A stretch of 64,000 nt of DNA from contig CM022673.1 of NCBI GenBank assembly GCA_012295275.1, positions 9,610,001 to 9,674,000 on the forward strand. Direction: 5' to 3'. Made by a program: the position numbers and the translations under genes. Positions 28,749 through 41,769 of this stretch are shown piece after piece. This DNA is from Chrysomallon squamiferum. Its lineage: Eukaryota > Animalia > Mollusca. The stretch's first letter is position 1. Each line of letters starts with the position of its first letter. Below the pieces are notes generated by a model. That model worked only from the letters and a program-made list of their open reading frames with translations, was not told where the DNA came from and did not search any database.

Positions 28749-30569
28749 AGAGATTATATATATAAAAAAAAATTAGAAAAGTTTAGTTTTGTTTTTTTTA
28801 ATATTTAGTTGGCAAAAATTTGTGATTATATCATACATGAATTAAAATCATAACTGGTGTTGATATACTTTCTAAATAAATTTTTATTTTCTAATTAAAA
28901 AATCTGTTAAATTAGTATCTGTGAATTTTAATTTTTCTTTCCGACAGCAGATAAAACAACAGGTTGTTTTGGAGGTGGAAAGAACAAAAAAGGTTCCAAT
29001 AAAGGAGCTGACAGTAAAACTGCAAGTCAGAAGTAAGTACAATTACATTAGCTTTAAACTTTTTATGTTATTAAATGATGGGCACCTGATGGTCCTTGAA
29101 TTTCATGCTGTAAGTTATCTCCCTTTATAATCACCATCAGCTGCTGGTGAATACTTGGTATTGTAATATAATAATAATATAATTAGTAAGTAAATAAATA
29201 AAATGTTGTATGTAAACTATCTGACGTTGGGGTGCTAAATGCTAATGAGTACAAGCTGCTGAATCATTTTAACTAATAGTTTTTTTTTTTATTCTCTTGT
29301 GATTTATTTATTTACAATATCAAATGGATTTGCGTCCAGATGCTAATAAGTACAAAACCGTTTAGTGTAATAATAAATAAATTAATTAAATTTAAAACGT
29401 TCCTCCTATAGTTAAGACATTAGTTATTATCTCCCTTTGTTTTACCACTTTGCTTCAAGTTGCCTTCAGATGCTAATGAGTACAAAAACCTGGATTATAA
29501 TAACCATTTGATAAAAATTTTAAACACTGAAAATCTTGTCTAATCTTTTTTTATCTCTCTTTATTTCAGAGCGCCACCTCAGTTGCCTCCAGGTGCTAAT
29601 GAGTACAAGGCACTGTGGGGAATGGAGATTCTACATTTGTACTCAGCTTTGCTCAAACACGGATCAAACCCAGTGACACTGGAAGCTTCGGCTGGTGCCA
29701 TACAGAATCTGACAGCTTGTGACTGGCAGGTTTGTTGTGATATCTTTAAAACTTTTATTCTCATTTTTATTCTGATTAAAAACAGGGTTTTTTTTCTGTA
29801 GCAGACACCTTTAAATATCTGTTGTTGCCATTTCTGTGAAATTTTATACAACAGTTTCAGGAACTGAATTTCATAATTTTTCTAATCCCATCTTTTTAAC
29901 TTTTGAAACTGATATGGTTATTGACGGCAGATCTAGATTTTGCAATGTCATAATTAAATTCATATATATATATATTCTATTAAGATATTAAGAAGTTGTG
30001 GTACATGCTTCCTGCAAATGAAACGTATCAACAACTGTATAAAAGTCATTTTGATGTTAATGAAAAATGTATCAAATAAATATTTCTGGAATTCTTATAT
30101 TTTTAATGAACTAAATGTTTCATTTCAGCCTGCTGTTGAAATTCGGGCAGCAGTGAGGAAAGAAAAAGGTCTGTCCCACCTCGTCGACCTCCTCACTTTC
30201 CAGTCTGATCGCGTTGTGTGTGCCGCTGCGACGGCGCTGCGAAACCTCGCCATTGACGAGCGGAACAAAGAGCTGATAGGGAAGTATGCCATGCAGCAGC
30301 TGGTGAGGAAACTGCCACAGCAGAGAAACATTAACCCCATAACTCCTGACGACACTTTGTGTGCTGTTATAGCCACACTGTATGAGATAATAAAGAACCA
30401 GGAGTCTTTCGCTCAGTGAGTCAGATTTCTTTATCAAGAAAGATTTGGAGTGAAAGATGAAAATGTGTTAAAAGAGAATCTTAAAATCTTAGTTGTAAAT
30501 GATATTTATTTATGGAATATTAAGACGTGGTATTTCATTTATTATTTTTTTTTGTAATTAAAATCATAT

Positions 30570-30612
<43 letters not shown>

Positions 30613-33600
30613 GTGTGTTGTGTGTGTGAAACAGAGAGTTAAAAGTTGATTATATATAAAAATGAAATTGAAGAAAGATAGTAGTGTTTTATTTATTATT
30701 ATATTTTGTTTGTAGCAATTGTAATAAATTTTCAAATCTTGTTTCAGGTCATTTGTTAAGGAAAATGGCCTACCTCGTCTAATGAACATCTCTAAATCTG
30801 AAGGCCAGTATCTGGCTAGGACTATCAAATATGCTGGATCTGTAAGCATTATATATTTAATTTCAGTATACAATTTTACTTTTGATATCACATTGCTTAT
30901 AGAAATATAAAAAATTAAATATATATTTTTATTATTATTATTATTTTTATTTAATTAAAAGTGAGGTAATGAGGGAAACTGTATCAATGAATCCTACTGC
31001 ATTACTGAAGATTGGTGTCTTCATTTTTATTCTTATTTTAATACTCATTCATTCATCTGTTTCATTTTACAGGTGTTAAAAATCTTGTGGTCTTTCAAAT
31101 TTTTGCATCAAGAGTATAACCAGAAGGGTTACACTGAAAGAGATTTCCTTCAGCATTCAGCGTCTCCAAGGTAAAACTAAACTGCAGTGTAATGCTTTAT
31201 TCATCTCCTGCTGTTAAAAAAAAAAAAAAAAAAAAAACTATATTAATGTGTAATATTTTGTTTTGTTATTATAGAAAAAAAAAATAAAGAAAAATAAATA
31301 AATAAAAAAAAAAAAAAAAAAAACAATGATAGAGCAAATCTCTAAGCTCTTTATTGATTCTGTGATTGGTGTAGAAAAGGTTACAGCATATGTCTCTTAT
31401 TAATGGAAACAAAACACACAAAAAAACACAGCAATAAGTGAAGAAGGGAATAGAAAACAGATGCATATTTTGGAGAGACACACACTCATTCTTTTGATTC
31501 ATTTAAAAATAAAAAACTCTTACTGTATAATGAAACTGTATTGTTAATAATTAAAAAATAACGAAAATTAGATTGGATTTGTTTTCCTTTCACTTTTTAT
31601 ATTACAAAATGATTTTAAATTTGTTTTAATATTCAATTGTTGTGTTTTTTTTATTGTTTTTTTTACTTTCATTAATTGCAGACCTGAAGGATCGAAACCA
31701 TTCAATGACAGTACTCTAAGTGCTTCTTCCAGCAATCACACAACACCTTACAACACCCTGAGTCGACCCATGTCTGCCCAGGGCTATGACGACAACACCC
31801 TAACACCAGGACGGCCTTTACAGAAGAGAGTGAAAGACCCGTACGAAAGCAGGGCGGAGATGGATGGCTACCTGGCAATGAACCAGAGCAATTCACGAAT
31901 AAATGCTGAGGGTTAGTTCATAGTTCATTTCTTAAAAGAATGAAAAAAAAAAACCCATAAACACTGAGTATATTTTAATGTTCATGGTATAGTTATTTAT
32001 TACTGAAGGAAGGATTAAAAAGAAAGTGTGTGTGTTAATGAAGGTGAGATGCTTTCTGCTAATAATTAATTCAGGCATTTTTTTTTAACCTTGTAATATA
32101 TGAATGTTTTATATCTGGTTTTTTAACTGATAAAAATACTGTTGTTTGTTTAGTTAATGTAGAAGGAATTAAAGTATTAAAATTTTTTGAAAATGACACA
32201 GAGTTGTTCATGAGTACAGTTAAATATGATATGTAGGTATTAGACCTTTCTGATGGGATCTTGAAAGCATCTTTAACTATTTGATTTGAAACTATTTCTT
32301 ATTTATTTGTGGTTAGACAGCTCTGGTTTTCATAATCTTGCTGTTTTGCATTAAGGTCAATTCATATTTGTGTATTGGGAAATAATGTTTCAAAACACAG
32401 CTATATCCTTGAATACCGTGAATACGTGTCTTGGTTCTGTTTTTTTATGTAAAAATAATTACTGTATAATTATAATACTGATAAAAGCGTGTACTTGTTT
32501 TAAAATTTATTTGATTTATTTTGTTTTTTTAATTTCCAGGTGATAGCTACTATGACAGAAAAAGAGTAAGGATGTGTTTTGATTTTTATAATTTAGATAC
32601 ATTTTTAAAGAATTATGATTTAATAGATACAAATATTGATTTTTATATTCTTATTTTTCTTCTTATTTTTTTTTTATTAAATGACTATTAACTTCATAAT
32701 ACATACATTTACAAAAATACCTTCTTAAATTTCTGCAGAAGTGCTGAATTTGCAAACAAAACTCTTTCTGAGAATAATTCTACTTGCATAGAGGGATTTA
32801 TCGTACATTATTATTTGTATGAATTCTTATCTACCAGATGTCAAAAACTATTCTACAATTTGTTTTCAGCCAGAGGAGATCCCTCTCTCTGATATTGGAC
32901 CAGGTTACACACCCATAGATGAACCTCGCCCCCAGAGAACAAAACCCCCAGTCGGAGGTGTGGCTCTCTTCCCCAATTTACCTCCAGTGAGTAATTAAAT
33001 CATTTATTAAGGGCTAATATCATTTATTTAACTAAAATTAAGGACTGAGCTTATGCATATGGAAAAAACAAAAAGGGAAATTTGGAAGAAAAAACTGATT
33101 CACAGATGATGTAGTGTGATGGGATGAATTTGAATTTTTAATTAATTAACTAATTTGTTTTTTCAATTATGGTAATATAATAATGAAATGAATTTTGGAA
33201 AAAATAACAAAATGAAATTGTTCTCCAGCCTTTATAATGATTTTTTTTTTTTTTTTTTAATATCAGTTTGTAAATCAGGATTCTTATTTTGTATGAAAAT
33301 ATTCAGAATTATTACTTCGTTTTAGTATTGTTTGACTGTGATCTCTCCTGTTCCATAAAATTAATTTTACACATGATGAAATAATAACTGAAAAACGGTA
33401 CTTGAAATCTCTCCATATAATTATTACCATTTACCAACTATCAGTTATAAAAATTTTTTTAAATAAATTAAAAATAAATAAATGATAATTTCACATTAGT
33501 GTTTGTTTTTTTTATTCTTCAGGGTGAACAGCAGCTAGATCCTTATGCAGGTGACCGAGGCAGCTCCCCGGAGCCTCTGTACGCCCAGGTGAAGAAGGGA

Positions 33601-33690
33601 AATCGTCGCCGCAACGACGACTATGTTCACACCAACAAGCTGATGCTGGACAACAGCGGACCGCAGGGAGGAGCCGATTCCTGGGTCTGA
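3724..33690 (+). CDS. CTNND2: p120/delta-catenin family Armadillo-repeat protein (catenin delta-2-like); spliced gene, 5' end probably upstream of the window
   Basis: 20 GT-AG exons: 3724-3887, 8501-8536, 13838-14033, 14840-15123, 19515-20563, 21230-21459, 23919-24054, 26336-26456, 27017-27133, 27615-27760, 28319-28548, 28948-29032, 29570-29729, 30129-30415, 30748-30841, 31073-31170, 31682-31911, 32540-32565, 32870-32986, 33523-33690. All junctions are phase-compatible except 21459/23919 (see findings). Family motifs: [67 protein letters not shown]-terminal DSWV. About 1324 aa lie in the window. The symbol denotes the family representative, not strict 1:1 orthology. Confidence 0.93.
5084..5134. 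repeat. (CA)n microsatellite
   Basis: Perfect CA run preceded by (CATA)n. Confidence 0.95.
8501..8536 (+). CDS. delta-catenin-like 36-nt microexon ([12 protein letters not shown]); alternative in-frame donor after 8545
   Basis: ttgtacag acceptor; donors GTACGT (8537) and GTAAGG (8546); phase 2-2, purine-rich. Confidence 0.6.
10041..10188. repeat. compound (GT)n-(GA)n microsatellite
   Basis: Read directly. Confidence 0.95.
11379..11463. repeat. (CT)n microsatellite
   Basis: About 42 perfect CT units. Confidence 0.95.
12257..12319. repeat. (GT)n microsatellite
   Basis: Read directly. Confidence 0.95.
13838..14033 (+). CDS. delta-catenin-like exon, N-terminal disordered region
   Basis: ctttcag acceptor, GTATAG donor, phase 2 to 0; [13 protein letters not shown]... 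Confidence 0.85.
14840..15123 (+). CDS. delta-catenin-like exon, N-terminal disordered region
   Basis: ttcttccag acceptor, GTAGTT donor, phase 0 to 2; [10 protein letters not shown]...SFGS. Confidence 0.85.
16653..16721. repeat. (AAT)n microsatellite
   Basis: About 23 perfect units. Confidence 0.95.
17120..17510. repeat. degenerate ~36-bp intronic minisatellite (CTAGATT...TGTTTAC core)
   Basis: ctagatt/atagatt/acagatt recurs at roughly 36-bp spacing; the best-preserved pair is at 17425-17500. Confidence 0.6.
19515..20563 (+). CDS. delta-catenin-like large Pro/Asp/Tyr-rich exon containing a 10-aa tandem repeat
   Basis: 1049-nt open frame; ttttctag acceptor, GTCAGT donor, phase 2 to 1. Confidence 0.88.
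20131..20334 (+). repeat. coding 30-bp tandem repeat (~6.8 copies) encoding DPYR(S/N)RD(V/I/L)PE
   Basis: Units such as GATCCTTACAGGAGCAGGGATGTTCCAGAG start at 20131, 20161, 20191, 20221, 20251, 20281 and 20311. Confidence 0.95.
21230..21459 (+). CDS. delta-catenin-like exon preceding the ARM domain (apparent 1-nt deletion at T-run 21414-21417)
   Basis: tgtcttcag acceptor, GTAAGT donor; [15 protein letters not shown]...; donor phase fits the next exon only if one base is added. Confidence 0.75.
23919..24054 (+). CDS. delta-catenin-like ARM repeat 1 exon
   Basis: [45 protein letters not shown]; AG/GT flanks. Confidence 0.95.
26336..26456 (+). CDS. delta-catenin-like ARM exon
   Basis: [40 protein letters not shown]; phase 2 to 0. 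Confidence 0.95.
27017..27133 (+). CDS. delta-catenin-like ARM exon
   Basis: [39 protein letters not shown]; phase 0 to 0. Confidence 0.95.
27615..27760 (+). CDS. delta-catenin-like ARM exon
   Basis: [25 protein letters not shown]...[13 protein letters not shown]; phase 0 to 2. Confidence 0.95.
28068..28270. repeat. degenerate ~28-bp intronic minisatellite (TTGAATTTAAACTTCTCCTTATTAATAT)
   Basis: cttctccttattaata recurs at 28092, 28120 and 28201, with variants between. Confidence 0.7.
28319..28548 (+). CDS. delta-catenin-like ARM exon
   Basis: [24 protein letters not shown]...[16 protein letters not shown]; phase 2 to 1. Confidence 0.95.
28948..29032 (+). CDS. delta-catenin-like ARM insert-loop exon ([10 protein letters not shown]); tandem CAGCAG acceptor
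   Basis: Basic GCFG..K.KK loop typical of the p120 family; GTAAGT donor; phase 1 to 2; alternative start at 28951. Confidence 0.88.
29570..29729 (+). CDS. delta-catenin-like ARM exon
   Basis: [16 protein letters not shown]...[21 protein letters not shown]; phase 2 to 0. Confidence 0.95.
30129..30415 (+). CDS. delta-catenin-like ARM exon
   Basis: [15 protein letters not shown]...[22 protein letters not shown]; phase 0 to 2. Confidence 0.96.
30748..30841 (+). CDS. delta-catenin-like ARM exon
   Basis: [31 protein letters not shown]; GTAAGC donor; phase 2 to 0. Confidence 0.9.
31073..31170 (+). CDS. delta-catenin-like last ARM exon
   Basis: [25 protein letters not shown]; phase 0 to 2. Confidence 0.9.
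31682..31911 (+). CDS. delta-catenin-like C-terminal tail exon
   Basis: [13 protein letters not shown]...[19 protein letters not shown]; phase 2 to 1. Confidence 0.88.
32540..32565 (+). CDS. delta-catenin-like 26-nt microexon (GDSYYDRKR)
   Basis: ttccag acceptor, GTAAGG donor; needed to bridge phase 1 to phase 0. Confidence 0.8.
32870..32986 (+). CDS. delta-catenin-like C-terminal tail exon
   Basis: [39 protein letters not shown]; GTGAGT donor. Confidence 0.85.
33523..33690 (+). CDS. delta-catenin-like terminal coding exon with PDZ-binding motif DSWV
   Basis: EPLYAQVKK...GGADSWV*; DSWV is the C-terminus of vertebrate delta-catenin/ARVCF/p0071. Confidence 0.93.
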   Translation, partial: GEQQLDPYAGDRGSSPEPLYAQVKKGNRRRNDDYVHTNKLMLDNSGPQGGADSWV

Positions 33691-34001
33691 TGCAGAACTG
33701 GGGAACAATTCATAACGGGGAAAAAATGTTTTTAACACAGGACCTGCTGAGAGAAAGAAAATACAAAAAAATCAAGGATAAATCTTCACTTGCAGACTGA
33801 GACTAAGACTCCAGTGAAAACTGTCTTAAATAATAAATAAAAAAAAGGTTGTGAATGGAATTTTATAGATCAATATCAACAATAAGATTGTTGAGAATTT
33901 GTTTTTACATCAGTAATATGTATGTAAATACATATTAATATGTATAGAACTTCTTTTGAAGATACACTGCTTTCTAAAGGGAGGTAATACAAAATGAACA
34001 C

Positions 34002-34048
<47 letters not shown>

Positions 34049-36316
34049 GTGTGTGTGTGTGTATAGAACTGGACATAATCTTTGTAAAGAAAAATGCAAC
34101 ACAATGTGTCTTTGAAAAGGAAAGAACAAAATATTAATCTTTAGTTTTAGATATGCTGGAATTTTAAAATGCATGTTTAAAACTGCAAAATGAGGTGATA
34201 GTGACATAGTGTCTTTAAGGAAAGTGATTTCACATGCCCACCATAGCAAGCCGTAAAATCTATCAAGGCAGACATTAAAATAAAAAATAATGACACAATA
34301 CCATTGAAAAATATTGCCTATATAATGAAGGTATTTCAAATAAGCAACTCAGAAAAGCTTGTTAATGGAAATACAGACAAACATTTCTTTTTGTACTCAC
34401 ATTGGTATCAAAAATGTATTTTTTTTTTATTTTTTTTTTTAAGACATGATTTTTTGATTGGACAGAAATTTACAAATCTGTAGATGGAAACATTGAAGAC
34501 AATAATTCTTTTTTCACACATGAACTACTGAAATATGTTTTTAAAGAATGTTTAAAACATATTCCATGTATCTGAATAGAAAAAATGTATTCCTTTTACT
34601 TGAAGCAGGCATTCAAAATCTTGTGTCATTGTTTCAGAATGTGGAAAAAAAACCAAAAACATGGGTGCTGAATAGTACTTAAACGAGTACACGGAATGAT
34701 GGCTTATTGCCTGTGTTAAATTAACTGATTGACAGTCATGTGCAATGACATTGAGGAAAATGCCTCAAAAGATCTGACAGTTTTTACACAACATAAATAT
34801 TTTTATATTTCATACATAGAATAAGTTTTGTTATTTCCCAGAGGGGTGTAGTAGAATATATTTCAGTAATTTTCATTTTCTTTCACATTCGTTTTCAAGA
34901 TGTGAATCTCTTGGACACGTATCTTATTTATTCCAGTGCTTGCATTGTTTTAAATTCACATCTTTTTATGTTGCCAACATTGAAGACTTTTTTTCAAAAT
35001 TAATCTTTTCAAGTCAAAAATTCATTCAGTAGGGTCAGGACTGTTGTGAAAAAGATTTGTTAACTGATCAGTTTATTAAATACATTCTTATTTACACATG
35101 TTTAAAAGATACAATTTATTTTTGATACACACAGACAGAGATTTGTTCTGTAGATACCATCTTCATGAAACATTTGATAAATCTTTAAAATGTTTTCCTT
35201 ATCAGTTTTAGCATTTATCTCAAATTTAAATCATTTAACCCACCCACTACTGTACATTTCATATTACTGACAAACAGTATCAAATCTGCTGTCTCAAGTC
35301 TGTAAGATATTGATAGAATTTTTCATGATTGGCAGTCTGTTTTTCTTCTTTTTCGTTTTAAGTTGTGTCACATTTGTTAATATAAAACATTTTTAAACAT
35401 ATTTAATGTGGCCATTTTAAAAAAAAATTTTTTTTAGATTCATTTGTTTTTCTTTTCTGATTTAAAAAAAAAAATCTGTCTCCAATCTTTGTATGGTCTT
35501 CTTTCAATTGTGAATTAATAAGAAGTTTCATGGTCTCTGAAATAGGTATCATAATCAACACTTACAAACATTCCTTATTAATATGGAATCATTGCACATG
35601 AAGTGTAAATTCTTTTCTTTTTTTTACCAGATATCTTTACAGTTGTTAAGAATAGTTGCTATTTTAAATGTTTCCTGTCATATTATTACAGAAACTATCT
35701 TTAAAATTACCAAAACCAAAATAAATGTTAACCAATTCAGTATATATAAAACGTGACTTAAAAAGATTTAAACTGAGATTTTTATTATAATGAAGATATG
35801 ACTGTTAATGTCAATGAAGTAGGTGCATTTTTTTCATGCTACAATATATATTTTATTTTAAAAAATCCATTTCTTTTACTGATTAAAATTATATTGTAAA
35901 AAAAAAAAAAAAAAAAACCAAAAAACCCCACTAATTTAAAATGATGGTTTAGAAAATAAAATAAATAATTTTAATTACATGATAAGAAGAATTATTTTAA
36001 TTGGCCAAACATGCTCGGAACTGATATTTAAGTCACCTTTTTTTCTTTCTTTTTTTTTTGTAATAATGATGTAAGCTTCACTGAGTTTTCCATTTCAAGT
36101 TTTCCATCATCTGTTTAAAACAGTAAAATCATGTAAACCGGAATTCACTGTGTCTATGCACTGTGTAATTTTTATTCAAGTAAAAATAAGTAACATGCTA
36201 ATTATCAAATAATCAAATCTGTTTCAAATTTTGGAATTGTAAATTCTCACATTTTTAACAAAGTAGAAGCATCAATAATTTAATAAGATTTATATATGTA
36301 TATCTTGTGAAAAATC

Positions 36317-36355
<39 letters not shown>

Positions 36356-36961
36356 TATCACATTAATAATAAAACTGGGTTTTAAACTTCAGAAATAACA
36401 CAAACATTAAAATGTTATTTAGAAATTGTTTTTAATACTGTAAATAATTACAAACCGCATGTGTTGAATTATATTTTTGAATTATTACATTTTTAAAGAC
36501 AATTTTCTTTTCTCTTTATTTATGACATGGTAGTCATATGAATATTCTATCAAAAAACAGGTGAAAAACAGAAGAAAATATTTATAAGATATTGTGTTTA
36601 AAATAAAGCTGTATTCAATGTCTGTAGCATATATTATTAAATATTGTTATTAATAAAAGTAATAATTGATAATTTTTATGTATTAAAGTTATTTAATAAA
36701 AATGATAAATTCATAAAATGCCTTGTTTCATAATTAAACCAGTTAAGACTTCATTTTATAACTAATTTTATAATCTTTTTTTATATTTTTTTAAAGAATT
36801 TATTTCACTATTGCCAAATTATATAGTCCATGATCATGTGCCGTTATTTTCATTGGCCTTAGCTTGTTTTTTTTTTTTCATATTTATAGTAATAATAATA
36901 GTAATATTTATAATAAATTATGAAAGAAAAATCAATGTACATGTCATAAGGGTATATAGAG

Positions 36962-37006
<45 letters not shown>

Positions 37007-37856
37007 ATAAGTAAATATTAAGTTGTAGTAATACAGTATTCAGGCCTCTGTTTGTGTTAGTAGAGATCAGATCCAGGTGGGGAACTCTGGTAAACACCAT
37101 CTCTGTTTCTTGTCATTCTGTGGATGTTTTTTTTTATAACCATAGAAATTATATCCATGACAATGATGGCACTTTCTTTTCTTTAATACTGTCTCTGCTT
37201 GTTGTTTTAGAAATGATTAAGTTACTAATATAGACAACATCAGTTGACTCACTGTATATGTTTACAAAACTTTAAGATACAACTCCCTCTTTGACAATAA
37301 AATGTCAGATGTTGATCTTGTTGAAGAATCAGAATTCAGATTTATAAGTAAAATAAAAATTTAGATATTTTATAGAAAATTGAAACGTATTTGCTTACAA
37401 GTAAGTGCGAATTAAATAAATTTTGTTAAGAATATTTAATATAAAAATAAAATAAGTACATGCTTGTTAGTTATGTGCTGACAAAATAATAATAAATAAT
37501 GTTTTGCTATATTATTTATTAGCTTCAGTACTGATAAAATGAAATTTAATAAACTTGTACACCAATCATGTTAGAATGCAGGCCACACTATCAGAATGTA
37601 TTCATGATATGATGATGATGGTAAACTGAAATATATAAATTATGAAGTAAACACAAACACATAAACATCAGTTCAGAAATACTTTTAAACTAAAAGTTTA
37701 GATATTTACTAATGCTCTGTTAAGATAATAAAAAAAAAATCTTTTGTTTGCTTTATTCTTTATTCCTTTTGCATTGTATACAGAAATAATGTAAATAACT
37801 AAATGAATATATTTTCACTATTTCTTTGCATTGTGGAATCTACACTTTAATAAATA

Positions 37857-37896
<40 letters not shown>

Positions 37897-38964
37897 ACAT
37901 TACGTATTCTTGCAAAATTATTTTTTATTTGTTGTTGCTTTCCAGTTTTAACTAACAATAAAGTAGACTATAAAATAATAAAGTTGAAATGGTGGTTGGG
38001 TATGGTATACATGGAAACTGATTTGCTCTGATGTCTTTTAGAGTTGATGGAACAAAATGTGGCAAAAGCCGTAAATGATGACATCATAATTCCATCATGA
38101 AGAGGTAAAATGTCAGTGTTCAAATTTTTTGTACCAAAATTATCTTGTCATAATTTGTCACTGTCAGTGCTCAAACCAAATTAAATAATAACTTGTAGGT
38201 ATAAAGATATATATATATTTTTTAGATCACTTGTACATATTACTGCAGGTACTCTGTGAACTGTTTAATTACAAATTGCTTTATAACACTCAGCTAGTCT
38301 TTGTCATTGCTCTATTCAATATTATAAATGGTTTTCTCTACAAATGGTTTACTGCAGTTGAGGCTAAATAATTATAATCTTACAGTTGAAGATAATCATA
38401 TTTTAATGTCTGACCCTGTTTAAAGATGTATATTTAATGACTGGGCATTTTTATTCTCAGGATGTTAACCATCTGTTGTTTATAATTAAAAATTTCAAAA
38501 TACTTTTTCTGAAGGTTCAGCACACAAACACACTTTGTTTGGTGCACAAAGTTTTAAAAAATGTTTGCAGAACATTATCATTATGTGATTTTTAAATTCA
38601 GACTTGGCTCCTATTACCTCGATACATTCTTATATTCCAAAATCGAAAAATATAGAAATCTGATGTTCTTCTGTTGCCAGATACTCAACTTGTTGAAAAT
38701 GGTCTATCTTGGAACAGAGAAAAATAACTGGGAATTGACGATGGTCAGTATAAAGCCATTATGAACAGCACCAACTTGCATTAACCTTTTCATGTGTAGA
38801 GTTTTGTCTCACTATTTATTTAGAAAACTAACCCTTTGTAAATGATAATCTTTTCTGTGTAGTAATGAAGTGAGATGATGCTCATTGTTAAAAGTTGTCA
38901 AAATTTGTCCAGTTTTCAAATCATTGTATTATACATGTTTTTTGTTTTTTTTAATATAAATGCA

Positions 38965-38970
38965 AATAAA
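38965..38970 (+). terminator. candidate polyadenylation signal of the catenin gene (implies a ~5.3-kb 3' UTR)
   Basis: AATAAA preceded by a U-rich tract and followed ~20 nt later by GT/T-rich sequence (ttggtgtagtttgtt). Many other AATAAA hexamers exist, so this is tentative. Confidence 0.35.
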
Positions 38971-39044
38971 TATTTAAACAAAATTGGTGTAGTTTGTTAA
39001 TGTATTTTTTTTGTGCTGACACAGCTGCTTAAATTCAAGGGATT

Positions 39045-39079
<35 letters not shown>

Positions 39080-40925
39080 GTATTTTTTTTTTTTTTAAAA
39101 AATTCTTATAAACCTTTCTTGGCTCGCTTGCAGATTCATTCTTATAATAATTTCTTCATTCTAAAAACAACCACAAAAATGCACATCTTTCCCAATATCA
39201 AATACATGTGTAATAAAGTAAGCATTTTTTTTTTTTTAACTGTTTTTCTCACTGTACAAAATCCTTCTTAAAAACCCAAATGAAAAAAGTAAAAAAATAA
39301 AAATAAATGTGCAAGTAAGTTTATATAGACTTGGTCATTAAATGAAAGAACAAATTAGAATTTACATTCTATGGTCAAAAATTTGGAAAAATGACACATT
39401 AGTGCTCAGAAAATTTTGATTTGACAGAATCTTTTTTTATGATTAAAACAAATGATATGGAAGTATTTTGTACTTTCATAACAAAGAGTTAAATGCACAG
39501 AACTACAAAAATAGACCAAACTGTATTTCAGCTGAAATTTTTTTCTTTATAAAGAATAATTGCTAGTATAGTCAATTATTATCAATTTTGCAACATGCTT
39601 TAGGCTTATTATTGTAAATAAAATTGTCTTTATTAACTTTTAAATGTAGCTGTTTATTTTAAAAAAAAAAAAAAAAAGTGCAGTTATTATCATTTGCCAC
39701 ATACTTTACACTTATTGAAAGTAATCACCATTTTGAACTTCAGGTCTCTAACTCATTATCATACAGAGTTGAAAAGTCTAAAACACAAACAGTTTGCTTT
39801 TTTTCTAATACTTTCTACACACCTGAGGTTTGCAATTTGTTCAAAGATCATATTTAAACATTTTCTAGCTAATATATTTTCTAAATTATAAAAAGATAGT
39901 TATGTATTTAATTTGTTGGCAGCAGATAATCATGTTGAACGGTAAATTTGATTAAATTTTATGCCTTTGTTTATTTTTTCCCCATTTTCCTTCTCTTTTT
40001 CAGTTAAGTGTAACAATTTAAGAGTAAATAACAGCATCCATGGGCTTTTTATCTTACTGTCATACCTTGTTATTAAGAAAGGTTAGTGAACTGTAACAAA
40101 TTAACAATGCTGCAGAAGTATAAAAATATATTTAGGTTATTTAAAGGTACTACAGATAGAATATTTTGATGGAAAATATGGAGACATTTATATTTTACCA
40201 TTATTTTCCTTGAAAGGTTCTATAGAAAAGCATTCTAGTCTGAGCATTTTAAATGTTAAAGCTAATTACAGGTATTTTATTAATAAAAAGGTGTTACTAT
40301 TTAAAATTGTGAACTAGAAATATGACAAGGCATAATATTTGTGCATTATTTTGGAAAAAAAAAATATTAAAAGAAAAAATAAACACTGTTATTATGAAGT
40401 ATTAATATCATCATCATCATCATCGTTGTTGTCATATCAGTAGTGTCTTTTTTTTAACCAAGTAAAAAAAATTAAATTAAAAATTTCTCTTTTAATAAAG
40501 ATATTTGTTTGAATACTGTTATTCTAAGTGCAGATCCAGGCTAGGTAACTGGGAGGAGTGGATTTCTCACTGCTTTCAAACACCCAAAATTATTTTCACT
40601 GGTTTTGAAGAGCCTGCCTGTCTACATAGGTAACTTTTAATATACATATATATATATATATTATGTGTGTGTGTGCAATCAATATTACTAATCAAATAAT
40701 CTCCATTGAAATGCTGATAAATTGTTACCAAAATGCAGTTTGCCCATTAAATCAATATCAAATTAAAACTGGAATTAATATATTTATGTTGAATATATTA
40801 TTACAACTGCTTCCGTTGCTATTACTATTTAAATAATATAAACATTTTCTAGACAGAACTAGTATTTGCTAAAATCTTTTAATCTTTAATATTTTAATCT
40901 ACATTTTACCTGAACTTTTACACTA

Positions 40926-40968
<43 letters not shown>

Positions 40969-41691
40969 TCGATCAAAAATGTTAACATAACTTATTATAC
41001 AATCATCCAGTAATTATATGTAATTTTTTAATTGGATTATCAACTGGAGTTATATGTAGATGATCTTTTAATGTATTACAATGTATCCAAGCTGTGTACA
41101 TATTGTAGAAATATAAAAATATTTTCCTGTACAAAATCTGTACATAAACATATCACAAGCAGAGGCTATACAGTTTGTAAAAATATTGAAAATAAATATT
41201 TCACATTTTATTTGTTTTGTGAAACAATGTTTAGAAATGTAATCTTTTGCTTTTTCATATTTTTAAACATATTAATTATAATTACTATTATTACTGTTGT
41301 TGCTGTTGATGTTACTCATTATTTTTTATTTTTTTATTTAGTTGTACGAATTTCTTCAATAACTTTTTCATCTTTCCATCAATATGATTATTCTTTTTTC
41401 TTTTATTAATTAATTATTTATTATTGCTGATGTGTTGCTTTTTTTTTTCTTTTTTACTTGAAACACATTTTAAGTGACATTATCAATTTATCACCATCAT
41501 CACCATCATAATTATTGTTGTAGTTATTATTAATTATGGCATTAGGTCATGTATATCATGAATTTATAATGTAATTATTGTTTATTTTTCAACGCCCATG
41601 TTCCCATTAACAGGAAATGAACCTACCACGGTATTTGATAAACCAGAATTCAGGAACTGGCTGGAAACAAAGAGGAAACAAAGACATAAAC

Positions 41692-41759
<68 letters not shown>

Positions 41760-41769
41760 ATAAAAAAAA

